Shown here: positions 16,422-25,072 of the stretch, piece by piece
Numbering within the stretch: the stretch's first letter is position 1
Layout: the number at the start of each line of letters is the position of its first letter
Source: a bacterium
GTDB taxonomy: Bacteria; Zhuqueibacterota; Zhuqueibacteria; Oceanimicrobiales; Oceanimicrobiaceae
NCBI GenBank assembly: GCA_046757165.1
Contig: JBHHXT010000056.1
Coordinates: forward strand, 1 to 25,831
Length of the DNA stretch: 25,831 bases
Direction: 5' to 3'
Translations under genes and position numbers: made by a program
The notes under the pieces: model-generated
Seen by the model: only the letters and a program-made list of their open reading frames with translations
The model's database searches: none
What the model was told of the DNA's origin: nothing

Positions 16422-19400
16422 CAACCCTTGTATTCAAATATTCTACCATCTCATACAAGGTGGCGATGGTCAATTCGCTGCGGGTGTGCATTTCCAGAAT
16501 GTCGCGCACCGTGCCTTTGATCTTTTGCTTTGTGCCGTTCAGATCACTTTCCCGGGCCCGGATGATGCTGGCAAGCAACCGTTCGATCGCGTCTTCCACT
16601 TTCGAGAAGAAGGAGATTTCCCAATTCGAGCTCGCTTTCAAATCTTTCAGGATCTGTCGCAGCTCCCGGATGCGATAGAGCTGCAGAATGGAAAAGTAGT
16701 CCGCAACCGGCCAGGCATGTTTGCTGATCTTGTTGTTCAGGTAGATGCTGAACGTGTCATCGAGAATATCCATGCGTTTGAATGCCGCCATGATCCTGTC
16801 AGCAGCTTCAGGCTGCAGGGCGTGACACAAGATTCTGAGCTTCCTGGGCAGACGATAACTGGAATGTTGCGTCGCTTCGCTGAGCATCTTTCTGAACCGG
16901 GCGCTGTCCTTCTCGTTCAAAGCTGCCAGCAAGGTGGGGTTCAGCAGCAGCTTTTTCGTCATCTGATAAACTTTTTCCTCCAGGTGGAGCAGGTACGCAT
17001 AGTGCAGTTTTGCGTCGAGCCACTCGCCGGACGCTTCGATCTGAGCGCGCATCTCATTCAGATGCAGGAATTCCGACAGCCGCAAATAGACCGCGGCGAT
17101 TCGGGCCGGTGACTTCTGGGTGGCCATGACAGCCCGCTGAAAAAAAGTCAGACCGGCATGGTTGGTGATTTCATTGATGATTTCGGTGATAACGATCTCC
17201 CGTTTCAGGGGGTGCGCCTGGATTTCCTTCCGGTATTTGCGGGCAAGCCCGGAGGGAAAGTAGCGCAGAATGAAGCGGTCATACCACTCGTCGTAGAACT
17301 CGTCTGACTCGATAAAAAGTTGTGTGCCATAGAGCTTGGCAAACCCGAGCAACGCGCACAGCACGGGTCGAGGCAGCATGCGCGAGCTGTGCTCCAGTCT
17401 GTCCAGGTCGGCCTCGAATGGGATGCTGTCCTGCCCGCGGTCGAGGATGCCCTGGCGATTGAGAAATTGGATCAACGCCCGTACGTACAGAAAGTGTGAT
17501 TGCGTTCGCAGCATATCCAGCGAAAGGCCGAGATTGTTCTTGTAGTTCTGGGCCAGCACCAGCGCGACCTGTTGCGCTTCGCATGTTCGAATGATTTGAT
17601 CGCGTTTCTTCTCATCGATTATCTTTTTGCGCAGCAACGAGTTGAGGAGAATCTTCAGGTTGACTTCGTGGTCCGACATGTTGACCCCGCCTGAGTTGTC
17701 GATGGCGTCGGTGTTGAGCCTGACGCCCTGGCTGGCGGCTTCGATGCGTGCGGCCTGGGTCAGTCCGAGATTGCCCCCTTCGGCGACAACTTTGGTGCGC
17801 AGCTCGCAGGCGTCGATGCGCACGCGGTCGTTTGCCGGGTCGCCCGCATGGAAATGGCTCTCGTGGCTGGCCTTGACATAGGTGCCAATGCCGCCGTTCC
17901 AGAGCAAGCCAACCGGTGCGCGCAGGATGGCTTTGATCAATCCTTCGCCAGAAAGTGTCCTGGCTTTGATGCCGAGCGCCTCTCGCATTTGTGGTGAAAT
18001 GTCGATGTGCCGGCTGGCGCGGTTGAACACGCCCCCGCCTTTGGAAATGAGTTCCAGATTGTATTCATCCCAGTTGGCACACTTCCCGAACAGCCGCACT
18101 CTCTCCTGACAGGCTTTTTCTGTGTCGGGATTGGGATCGACAAAAACATACAGATGATTAAACGCTGCCAGCAAGCGGACGCTTTGGGAACAGAGCAGGC
18201 CGTTGCCAAAGACATCGCCGCCCATGTCCCCAATGCCAACGACCGTAATCTCATCCCTCTCCGGGTCGATTTCCATTTCATGAAAATGGCGTTTGACGGA
18301 CTCCCAGGCTCCTTTGGCCGTGATGCCTTGTTTTTTGTGGTCATAGCCATTCGAGCCGCCGGAAGCAAAGGCGTCAGTGAGCCAGAATTGCCGTGCGGTT
18401 GAAATCTCGTTGGCGATATCGCTGAACCTCGCCGTTCCCTTGTCCGCGGCCACCACCAGATAGGTGTCGTCACCGTCAAGGCGTTTGATCTTGGGCGCAG
18501 GAATGACCTTGCCATCGGCGGCGAGGTTGTCGGTGAGCTCCAGCAGGCAGGCGATGTAACGCTTGTAGGCCTCGATTCCGGCAGCCAGATAGGCCTGCCG
18601 GTCGGCAAAGGTCCGGTTTTTGACGACAAATCCGCCTTTGCTGCCCACAGGAACGATCACGGTGTTTTTCACCATCTGCGCCTTCAGCAGGCCCAGAATC
18701 TCCGTTCTGAAATCATCCTGCCGGTCAGACCAGCGAATGCCGCCGCGCGCCACCGGGCCGCCGCGCAGATGGAAGCCCTCCATCTCATAGCTGTAGACGT
18801 AAATCTCGAAATACGGTGCCGGGGGCGGCATATTTTCGATGGCGCTGCTTTTGATTTTGAAGCTGATCTCAGGCTTCCCCAGAAAGTAGTTCGTGCGCAC
18901 GATGGCGTTGACGATACTGAGAAAAGCTTTGCAGATGTTTTCCTCCAGAACCGAATCGAGCGCGTGGAACGATTTTCCCAGGGCGAGTCTGGCTGCCCTC
19001 ATGTCGCGTTCGCGGGCGGCCGGACCGAATTTCGTCTCAAAGAACCGCACGAGATTGGCGACAAACTGCGGATGTTTGACCAGGCATTTTTGAATGGAGG
19101 AAAAAGTGTGCGAAGTCTCAATCTTATAGTAGTAGCCACAAAGTGCCTTGACAAGCTCGAGTTGTCTGGCCGTCAGGCCAGCGACCCGCACCAGCTCATT
19201 GATGGGTTTGGAAGGGGTCTGGCGCCGGAGAACTGCAACGATAGCTTCTGAAATCCGCAGGCGGTCTGCCTTCTGCAAACGCTCATCGCCGGGAACCGTG
19301 AACATGTAGGTGTACTTTTCGCGCGCGTCCGGCTTGTACGGGAAGGTATATTCGCGGTCGACCGTAAAACCGAAGTCTGTCAGAATGGGCACCAGCTCAC

Positions 19401-20958
19401 TCAACCGGGCTGGCGTGCAACTGTAGATCTTGATCGCGTCGGCGTCGCTGTTCCGTTGATAGGCGTAGTTGACTTCGTAGCCATCTTCCGGGGTGAGATG
19501 CTCCAGCGTCTCGAGGTCGCAGAGCACCTCTTCCGGCTCCTGGTGCATCTCGTAGTCTGGCGACATGCCGTTGACGAAACGCGTGAGTCTCTCATCAACG
19601 TTGTGGCCAACGTAGTTTGCATAAACCAGCTCGCGAAACCGCGAGGACCAGGTGGAAAAGAGATCGTGAGCATTCTCCTCCAGCAGCGCCTTCAGCGCCG
19701 GCAACGAGTGGTTGCGCGAACGGAACCCCATGAATACGGTTTCTACTTGATTCAACTGGTACTTAAAGGTGTACAGTTTTTGCACCCCGTACTTTTTCAG
19801 AAACATTTTCATCCGCCGGCCAGGAATCTTTCCGGCATCCGCCAGGGGCAGGATGATCTCAGCCCAGACAATGTTGTACGCCTCGTCGATGGAGAGGTCG
19901 TAAGTGACGTCGGCGGTGTACATGTTCGAGATAAGTTTCACGAACCAGCGCAAAAGCAGATCCTGCGAACGGGTCAGCAGCAGGCCGACCGGCAAAGACT
20001 GCGCTGCTTTGTAGAGCTCTTTGCGCATGTAGGAGGTGGCCGGAACACGGAGCTGTTTCGCCATGTTGTCGATCATGCGCTTGATAGCCGGGATGCTGTA
20101 GCGCACGGCAAGCTGCGCGCGGTGTCTGAAATGTCCCGCCAGAACGAATGTCTGCCAGCGATTGTGCACCACCGCAACATAGATTTGCCGGTACTTGTTG
20201 ATGTTGCTGTGGATTTCGGTTTCGCGGTAAAAAATGCATTCGTGCGCGTTCAATTCTGAAACATCTCTCAGCTCCTGCGACACCCCGCGCCTCACGGTTC
20301 CTTTCCTGAACAGACCCAACCGCTGGCCATTCAGCTCACCCTGCTGCAGCGAGACCAGGCCCAGGAGAACAAAATTCTCCTTGAGCCACCGCAGCTCTTC
20401 AGCCACAAACTCGCTGTCGAAATGGAGCGTATCGAGCACCGGCAGCATCTGGCGGTAATCCGTCACCACACTGCGCAGCTCTTGTAAGTGCGCCGCGATT
20501 TTTTCCCTGAGACCGCGCAGCTCGCTTTCCGGCAACCGATTGATTTCAAGGTAAATGTAGGATTCCGGCTCTCCCGGCTCATCCGGGAAACTGAGGGCCG
20601 TCAGCTCACCACGCTCATTGCGGACGACGTTCAAAATCGGATGAATGATGACTTGAACATTGTGGTTGTTTGCATTGCAGTAGTCGACGATGGTATCGAC
20701 GATGAACGGGGAGTCCGGCATCAGGATTTCGATGACAGAGGAATTGGAGAGCCAGAGATACTCCGGCCCGGGATTGTACACCGCGATCTTGACTTCCTCG
20801 CTGTGCTCCCTGAAAAAGTCATAGCGGGCGCGCAAAAACAAATTCAGATCTTCAGATGAATAGAAGTTCTTATGGGACTGGGGGATATAGAATGAATATT
20901 TCTGGCAAAATGAGTCGAAGGAATGACTGACTGAGGACTCCACTGCTGTGCTGCTCAT
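16408..20958 (-). CDS. gdhB: Large NAD-specific glutamate dehydrogenase (1516 aa)
   Basis: HLRGGPVARGGIRWSDR..DFRTEILGL.KAQMVKN.VIVPVGSKGG, YLVVAADKGTA, GYDHKKQGITAKGAW, GIGDMGGDVFGNG, LLWNGGIGTY, EGGNLG, NTDAIDNSGGV..SDHEVN; CAGGAG RBS. Confidence 0.95.
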   Translation of the reverse strand: MSSTAVESSVSHSFDSFCQKYSFYIPQSHKNFYSSEDLNLFLRARYDFFREHSEEVKIAVYNPGPEYLWLSNSSVIEILMPDSPFIVDTIVDYCNANNHNVQVIIHPILNVVRNERGELTALSFPDEPGEPESYIYLEINRLPESELRGLREKIAAHLQELRSVVTDYRQMLPVLDTLHFDSEFVAEELRWLKENFVLLGLVSLQQGELNGQRLGLFRKGTVRRGVSQELRDVSELNAHECIFYRETEIHSNINKYRQIYVAVVHNRWQTFVLAGHFRHRAQLAVRYSIPAIKRMIDNMAKQLRVPATSYMRKELYKAAQSLPVGLLLTRSQDLLLRWFVKLISNMYTADVTYDLSIDEAYNIVWAEIILPLADAGKIPGRRMKMFLKKYGVQKLYTFKYQLNQVETVFMGFRSRNHSLPALKALLEENAHDLFSTWSSRFRELVYANYVGHNVDERLTRFVNGMSPDYEMHQEPEEVLCDLETLEHLTPEDGYEVNYAYQRNSDADAIKIYSCTPARLSELVPILTDFGFTVDREYTFPYKPDAREKYTYMFTVPGDERLQKADRLRISEAIVAVLRRQTPSKPINELVRVAGLTARQLELVKALCGYYYKIETSHTFSSIQKCLVKHPQFVANLVRFFETKFGPAARERDMRAARLALGKSFHALDSVLEENICKAFLSIVNAIVRTNYFLGKPEISFKIKSSAIENMPPPAPYFEIYVYSYEMEGFHLRGGPVARGGIRWSDRQDDFRTEILGLLKAQMVKNTVIVPVGSKGGFVVKNRTFADRQAYLAAGIEAYKRYIACLLELTDNLAADGKVIPAPKIKRLDGDDTYLVVAADKGTARFSDIANEISTARQFWLTDAFASGGSNGYDHKKQGITAKGAWESVKRHFHEMEIDPERDEITVVGIGDMGGDVFGNGLLCSQSVRLLAAFNHLYVFVDPNPDTEKACQERVRLFGKCANWDEYNLELISKGGGVFNRASRHIDISPQMREALGIKARTLSGEGLIKAILRAPVGLLWNGGIGTYVKASHESHFHAGDPANDRVRIDACELRTKVVAEGGNLGLTQAARIEAASQGVRLNTDAIDNSGGVNMSDHEVNLKILLNSLLRKKIIDEKKRDQIIRTCEAQQVALVLAQNYKNNLGLSLDMLRTQSHFLYVRALIQFLNRQGILDRGQDSIPFEADLDRLEHSSRMLPRPVLCALLGFAKLYGTQLFIESDEFYDEWYDRFILRYFPSGLARKYRKEIQAHPLKREIVITEIINEITNHAGLTFFQRAVMATQKSPARIAAVYLRLSEFLHLNEMRAQIEASGEWLDAKLHYAYLLHLEEKVYQMTKKLLLNPTLLAALNEKDSARFRKMLSEATQHSSYRLPRKLRILCHALQPEAADRIMAAFKRMDILDDTFSIYLNNKISKHAWPVADYFSILQLYRIRELRQILKDLKASSNWEISFFSKVEDAIERLLASIIRARESDLNGTKQKIKGTVRDILEMHTRSELTIATLYEMVEYLNTRVVRDS

Positions 20959-21024
20959 GAATGACTCCTGAATTTAACATCACAATCTCGACACTCAACC
21001 CGGACGCGCCGGATCCAAACAGGA

Positions 21025-21088
21025 AACCGCGAATCGACGCGAATAAAATCAAGATAATATTGGCGTTCATTCGTGTTCATTAGCGGTT
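21025..21088. repeat. Inverted pair of 10-nt tandem arrays (CGCGAAT / ATTCGYG) upstream of gdhB
   Basis: AACCGCGAAT CGACGCGAAT, a 14-nt loop, then ATTGGCGTTC ATTCGTGTTC ATTAGCGGTT. Confidence 0.75.
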
Positions 21089-21298
21089 GTCAATCCTGAC
21101 TTCACCCGTGCCACTGACTGATGTGAATGTCATTGCAGTATGACTACCAACGATTAAAGGCATTGCAGAAAAGACGAACCAGAATAATCCTAATCAGTGG
21201 CCCACGATAGAACTTATCGTCACAATTGGGGCGGGAATGAAAGGGGGTCTGAGGAGGGGCTTCCGGGCATGTTGTAAATCATCGTGTGCTTGTTTATC

Positions 21299-21339
21299 TT
21301 GACATCGTCGAAAAAACTTCCTAATATTTTGATATCAAA
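21299..21339 (+). promoter_or_regulatory. Putative sigma70 promoter of the R-M locus with a palindrome over the predicted start site
   Basis: TTGACA (21299-21304), a 17-nt spacer, TAATAT (21322-21327), then the perfect palindrome TTTGATATCAAA (21328-21339). Confidence 0.55.
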
Positions 21340-21372
21340 TTGTTAAGACTCCCTCTCTATCAGGTCGCCATT

Positions 21373-24300
21373 ATGAACGATCAATTCTTCGAACACCCCG
21401 TCCTCAACTCTCCCTACGAATATCCCTGCCGGCATTGGGAGCTGGATAAGCAGGGGCAACCGACCCAGCAGATCATTGACAAACGCCGGCATGTTGCGTT
21501 CATCACCCCGATCCCGAAGCCGAGAAAAAGAAAACGCACAGCGGACCAGCAACAAATCGTCTTTGACGAGGGCGAGGCCCTGTCGACAGCCGCGCAGCAG
21601 TACGACCCCACGCCGGTAATCAATGCCCTGCGCAAGCATGTCGACCAGTGGCGCAGCCTGTCGAATCCGGCGGACTGGCGGGTCACACCCGAAACCGCGC
21701 GTTTGCTGCAGCACTGGCGGCATTTTCATTTCAACAGCTTCCGGCCGTTTTTCTGCCAGATCGAGGCAGTAGAAACCCTCATTTGGCTGACCGAGGTGGC
21801 GCCACAAATCGGCAAAGCAGGAAAGCAATTTCTCGAGCATCTGGCCGATGCCAACAACGAGGCCAATCCGGGACTGGCGCGGCTGGCGCTCAAGCTGGCC
21901 ACCGGCGCCGGCAAGACCACGGTGATGGCCATGATCATCGCCTGGCAGACCATCAACGCCGTGCGCCGGCCCACCAGCAGCCGGTTTACACGAGGGTTCC
22001 TGGTGGTCACGCCGGGCCTGACAATTAAAGACCGCCTGCGGGTGTTGCAGCCCAACGATCCGGACAGCTACTACCAGAGCTGCGAGCTGGTGCCCGGCGG
22101 CCTGCAGGAGGATCTGAAGCGCGCCAAAATCGTCATCACCAATTACCACGCTTTCAAGCTGCGGGAGCGGCTGGAGCTTTCCAAAGGCGGGCGCATGCTG
22201 CTGCAAGGACGCGGCCCGGCTCTGAACACGCTTGAAACCGAAGGCCAGATGCTGCAAAGAGTCATGCCCGGACTCATGGGCATAAAAAACATCCTGGTGC
22301 TGAACGATGAGGCGCACCACTGCTACCGCGCCAAACCCGATGATGACGGCGAAACCCTGCGCGGGGACGAGAGGAAAGAAGCCGAGCGCAACAACGAAGC
22401 GGCACGCCTGTGGATCAGCGGTCTGGAGATCGTCGAGCGCAAGCTCGGCCTCAGCCGGGTGGTCGATCTCTCGGCCACGCCGTTTTTCCTGCGCGGCTCC
22501 GGTTATGCCGAAGGCACGCTGTTCCCCTGGACGATGAGTGATTTTTCCCTGATGGACGCCATCGAGTGCGGCATCGTCAAGCTGCCGCGGGTGCCGGTGG
22601 CTGACAACATCCCCGGGGAGGACATGCCCAGGTATCGCAATCTCTGGGAGCACATCCGCACGCGCATGCCTAAGAAAGGCCGCGGCAAATCCGGCAAGCT
22701 GGACCCGCTGAGCCTGCCGGTGGAGCTGCAGACCGCGCTGGAAGCGCTCTACGGGCATTATGAAAAAACCTTCGCGCTGTGGCAAGAGAGCGGCATCCGG
22801 GAGCCGCCGTGTTTCATCATCGTTTGCAACAACACCTCGACCTCCAAACTGGTGTATGATTATGTGTCGGGATTCTACCGCGAGAAGGAAGACGGTTCTA
22901 CCATCCTGGAAAACGGCCGGCTGCCGCTGTTTCGCAATTTCGATGAGCACGGCAATCCGCTGGCACGGCCCAGTACGCTGCTGATAGACAGCGAGCAGCT
23001 CGAATCCGGCGAGGCGCTGGACAGCAACTTTCGCAAGATGGCAGCAGACGAGATCGAGCGCTTCCGGCGCGAGATCATCGAAAGAACGGGCGACCGGCGG
23101 CAGGCCGAGACGCTGACCGACCAGGATTTGCTGCGCGAGGTCATGAACACCGTGGGCAAAAAGGACCGGCTGGGCGAGTCCATCCGCTGCGTGGTCTCGG
23201 TGTCGATGCTCACTGAGGGATGGGATTGCCAGACGGTGACCCATGTGCTGGGCGTGCGCGCGTTTGGCACGCAATTGCTGTGCGAGCAGGTCATCGGCCG
23301 GGCGCTGCGCCGGCAGTCTTATGAGCTGAATGAGGACAGTTTGTTCGAGGTGGAATACGCCGACGTGCTGGGCATTCCGTTTGATTTCACGGCAAAGCCG
23401 GTGGTGGCGCCGCCGCAGCCGCCGCGCGAAGTCATCCAGGTCAAAGCCGTGCGCCCGGAGCGCGACCACCTGGAAATCCGTTTCCCGCGGGTGCAGGGCT
23501 ACCGGGTCGAGCTGCCCGAGGAGCGGCTGACGGCCGAATTCAACGACGATTCCGTGCTCGTGCTCAGCCCGGAGCTGGTGGGCCCGTCGATTACACGAAA
23601 CGCCGGCATCATCGGCGAGGGGGTGGACCTGGATTTAAAGCATCTCGGCGACCTGCGGCGCTCAACGCTGATTTATCATGTCACCACGCGGCTGCTGTAC
23701 ACCAAATGGCGCGATCCGGGCGAGGAGCCGAAGCTGCATTTGTTCGGTCAGCTCAAGCGCATTACCCGGCAGTGGCTGGACACCTGTCTGGTCTGCAAGG
23801 GCGGCACCCACCCGGCGCAGCTCATGTACCAGGAGCTGGCCGATATGGCCTGCGAACGCATCACCGCGGGCATCACCCGGGCCCTGATCGGAAAAAAGCC
23901 GATCAAGGCGGTGCTCGATCCCTACAATCCCACCGGCTCGACCGCGCATGTGAATTTCAGCACTTCGAAACGCAACAGATGGGAGACGGATTCGCGCAAG
24001 TGCCACATCAACTGGGTAATTTTAGACAGCGACTGGGAAGCCGAACTCTGCCGTGTGGTCGAATCGCACCCGCGGGTTCGGGCCTACGTGAAAAACCATG
24101 GTTTGGGGCTGGAAGTCCCGTATCGCTACGGCTCGGCGACGCGCAAGTACCTGCCCGATTTTATCGTGCAGGTGGATGATGGCCGGGATGATCCGCTGCA
24201 CCTGGTCATCGAGATCAAGGGCTACCGCCGCGAGGATGCCAAGGAGAAGAAAGCCACGATGGAAGAATACTGGGTGCCCGGGGTGAACAATCTAGTAGGC

Positions 24301-24393
24301 CAGTACGGTCGCTGGGCCTTTGCAGAGTTCACCGAAGTCTACGAGATCGAAAGTAAGTTCAATAAGATGATCGACGATTTCTTGCAGAGGTAG
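21373..24393 (+). CDS. res: Type III restriction endonuclease Res subunit-like SF2 helicase/nuclease (BPTD_3080-like, 1006 aa)
   Basis: FFCQIEAVET, Walker A ATGAGKT, Walker B DEAHH, SATP, MLTEGWD, EQVIGRALRR, and a C-terminal nuclease motif YLPDF...IEIKG. ATG 21373 is preferred over TTG 21340. Confidence 0.92.
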   Translation: MNDQFFEHPVLNSPYEYPCRHWELDKQGQPTQQIIDKRRHVAFITPIPKPRKRKRTADQQQIVFDEGEALSTAAQQYDPTPVINALRKHVDQWRSLSNPADWRVTPETARLLQHWRHFHFNSFRPFFCQIEAVETLIWLTEVAPQIGKAGKQFLEHLADANNEANPGLARLALKLATGAGKTTVMAMIIAWQTINAVRRPTSSRFTRGFLVVTPGLTIKDRLRVLQPNDPDSYYQSCELVPGGLQEDLKRAKIVITNYHAFKLRERLELSKGGRMLLQGRGPALNTLETEGQMLQRVMPGLMGIKNILVLNDEAHHCYRAKPDDDGETLRGDERKEAERNNEAARLWISGLEIVERKLGLSRVVDLSATPFFLRGSGYAEGTLFPWTMSDFSLMDAIECGIVKLPRVPVADNIPGEDMPRYRNLWEHIRTRMPKKGRGKSGKLDPLSLPVELQTALEALYGHYEKTFALWQESGIREPPCFIIVCNNTSTSKLVYDYVSGFYREKEDGSTILENGRLPLFRNFDEHGNPLARPSTLLIDSEQLESGEALDSNFRKMAADEIERFRREIIERTGDRRQAETLTDQDLLREVMNTVGKKDRLGESIRCVVSVSMLTEGWDCQTVTHVLGVRAFGTQLLCEQVIGRALRRQSYELNEDSLFEVEYADVLGIPFDFTAKPVVAPPQPPREVIQVKAVRPERDHLEIRFPRVQGYRVELPEERLTAEFNDDSVLVLSPELVGPSITRNAGIIGEGVDLDLKHLGDLRRSTLIYHVTTRLLYTKWRDPGEEPKLHLFGQLKRITRQWLDTCLVCKGGTHPAQLMYQELADMACERITAGITRALIGKKPIKAVLDPYNPTGSTAHVNFSTSKRNRWETDSRKCHINWVILDSDWEAELCRVVESHPRVRAYVKNHGLGLEVPYRYGSATRKYLPDFIVQVDDGRDDPLHLVIEIKGYRREDAKEKKATMEEYWVPGVNNLVGQYGRWAFAEFTEVYEIESKFNKMIDDFLQR

Positions 24394-24395
24394 CC

Positions 24396-25037
24396 ATGTC
24401 AGAGGAAGAAGGGTTGTTTCCAAAACACGGCGGCTACCGGAAGTTGAAAAGCTTTCAAATCGCACAGTTGGTATACGATGTGACGGTGCGTTTCTGTGAC
24501 CGCTATATCGACAAACGCAGCCGCACGCACGATCAGATGGTGCAGGCGGCCCGCAGCGGGGTACAAAACATCGCAGAAGGCAGCCAGGTCTCCGGCACCT
24601 CGAAGAAAATGGAGATGAAGCTGACCAACGTGGCCCGGGCCAGCCTGGAAGAGCTGCGGCTGGATTATGAGGATTTTTTGCGGCAGCGGGGGTTGGAGAT
24701 GTGGGGGCCGAATGATCCAGCTCTGGTTCGATTTAAAAAGAAACGCTGCTCAAGTTTGGAAGAGGTACAAGCTTGGGTGGAAGACGAACACCGACGAGCA
24801 CGGACAAACACTGACTCTATAAAGGATCATCAAAAGGCAAAGTCCGTGTCTGCCGATGAAAGTCCGAGCCAGAACAGATTATATTCAGAGATTGCGGCTA
24901 ATGGAGCCCTTTCTCTTCTGAATATTTGCTGCTACTTTTTAGACCGCCAGCTCGCCGCACAGGCCCGCGCCTTTGAAGAGGAAGGCGGCTTCACAGAACG
25001 GCTCTATAAACACCGCAAACGCCGCCGGGGTGGATGA
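24396..25037 (+). CDS. Four helix bundle protein (S23-IVP/bAvd-like) with four-helix-bundle suffix domain (213 aa)
   Basis: GGYRKLKSFQ.A...YD.T..FC, RT.DQMVQAARSG.QNIAEGS, VARASLEEL.LDYEDFLRQRG, and the suffix LDRQL......F..EGGFTERLY..R. Confidence 0.9.
   Translation: MSEEEGLFPKHGGYRKLKSFQIAQLVYDVTVRFCDRYIDKRSRTHDQMVQAARSGVQNIAEGSQVSGTSKKMEMKLTNVARASLEELRLDYEDFLRQRGLEMWGPNDPALVRFKKKRCSSLEEVQAWVEDEHRRARTNTDSIKDHQKAKSVSADESPSQNRLYSEIAANGALSLLNICCYFLDRQLAAQARAFEEEGGFTERLYKHRKRRRGG
24785..24870. repeat. In-frame inverted pair of 10-nt tandem arrays (CACGGAC / GTCCGTG) inside the four-helix-bundle gene
   Basis: CGAACACCGA CGAGCACGGA CAAACACTGA C, a 26-nt loop, then GTCCGTGTCT GCCGATGAAA GTCCGAGCC. 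Confidence 0.7.
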
Positions 25038-25072
25038 ATAGAAACGATGAAGAAGCACTGAGGGAAAGAAAC

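Noticed and set aside
6692..20958. Nitrogen-metabolism cluster (glutamate-synthase-like, nitrilase, GDH)
   Set aside because: The genes are in different orientations and transcription units separated by unrelated genes, so there is no evidence of a functional cluster.
21343..23469. 708-aa minus-strand ORF
   Set aside because: It is an antisense shadow of the high-GC res gene with no recognisable motifs.
24396..25037. Complete diversity-generating retroelement
   Set aside because: An Avd-like fold alone is insufficient; I saw no reverse transcriptase and no TR/VR pair with adenine-specific mismatches in the window.
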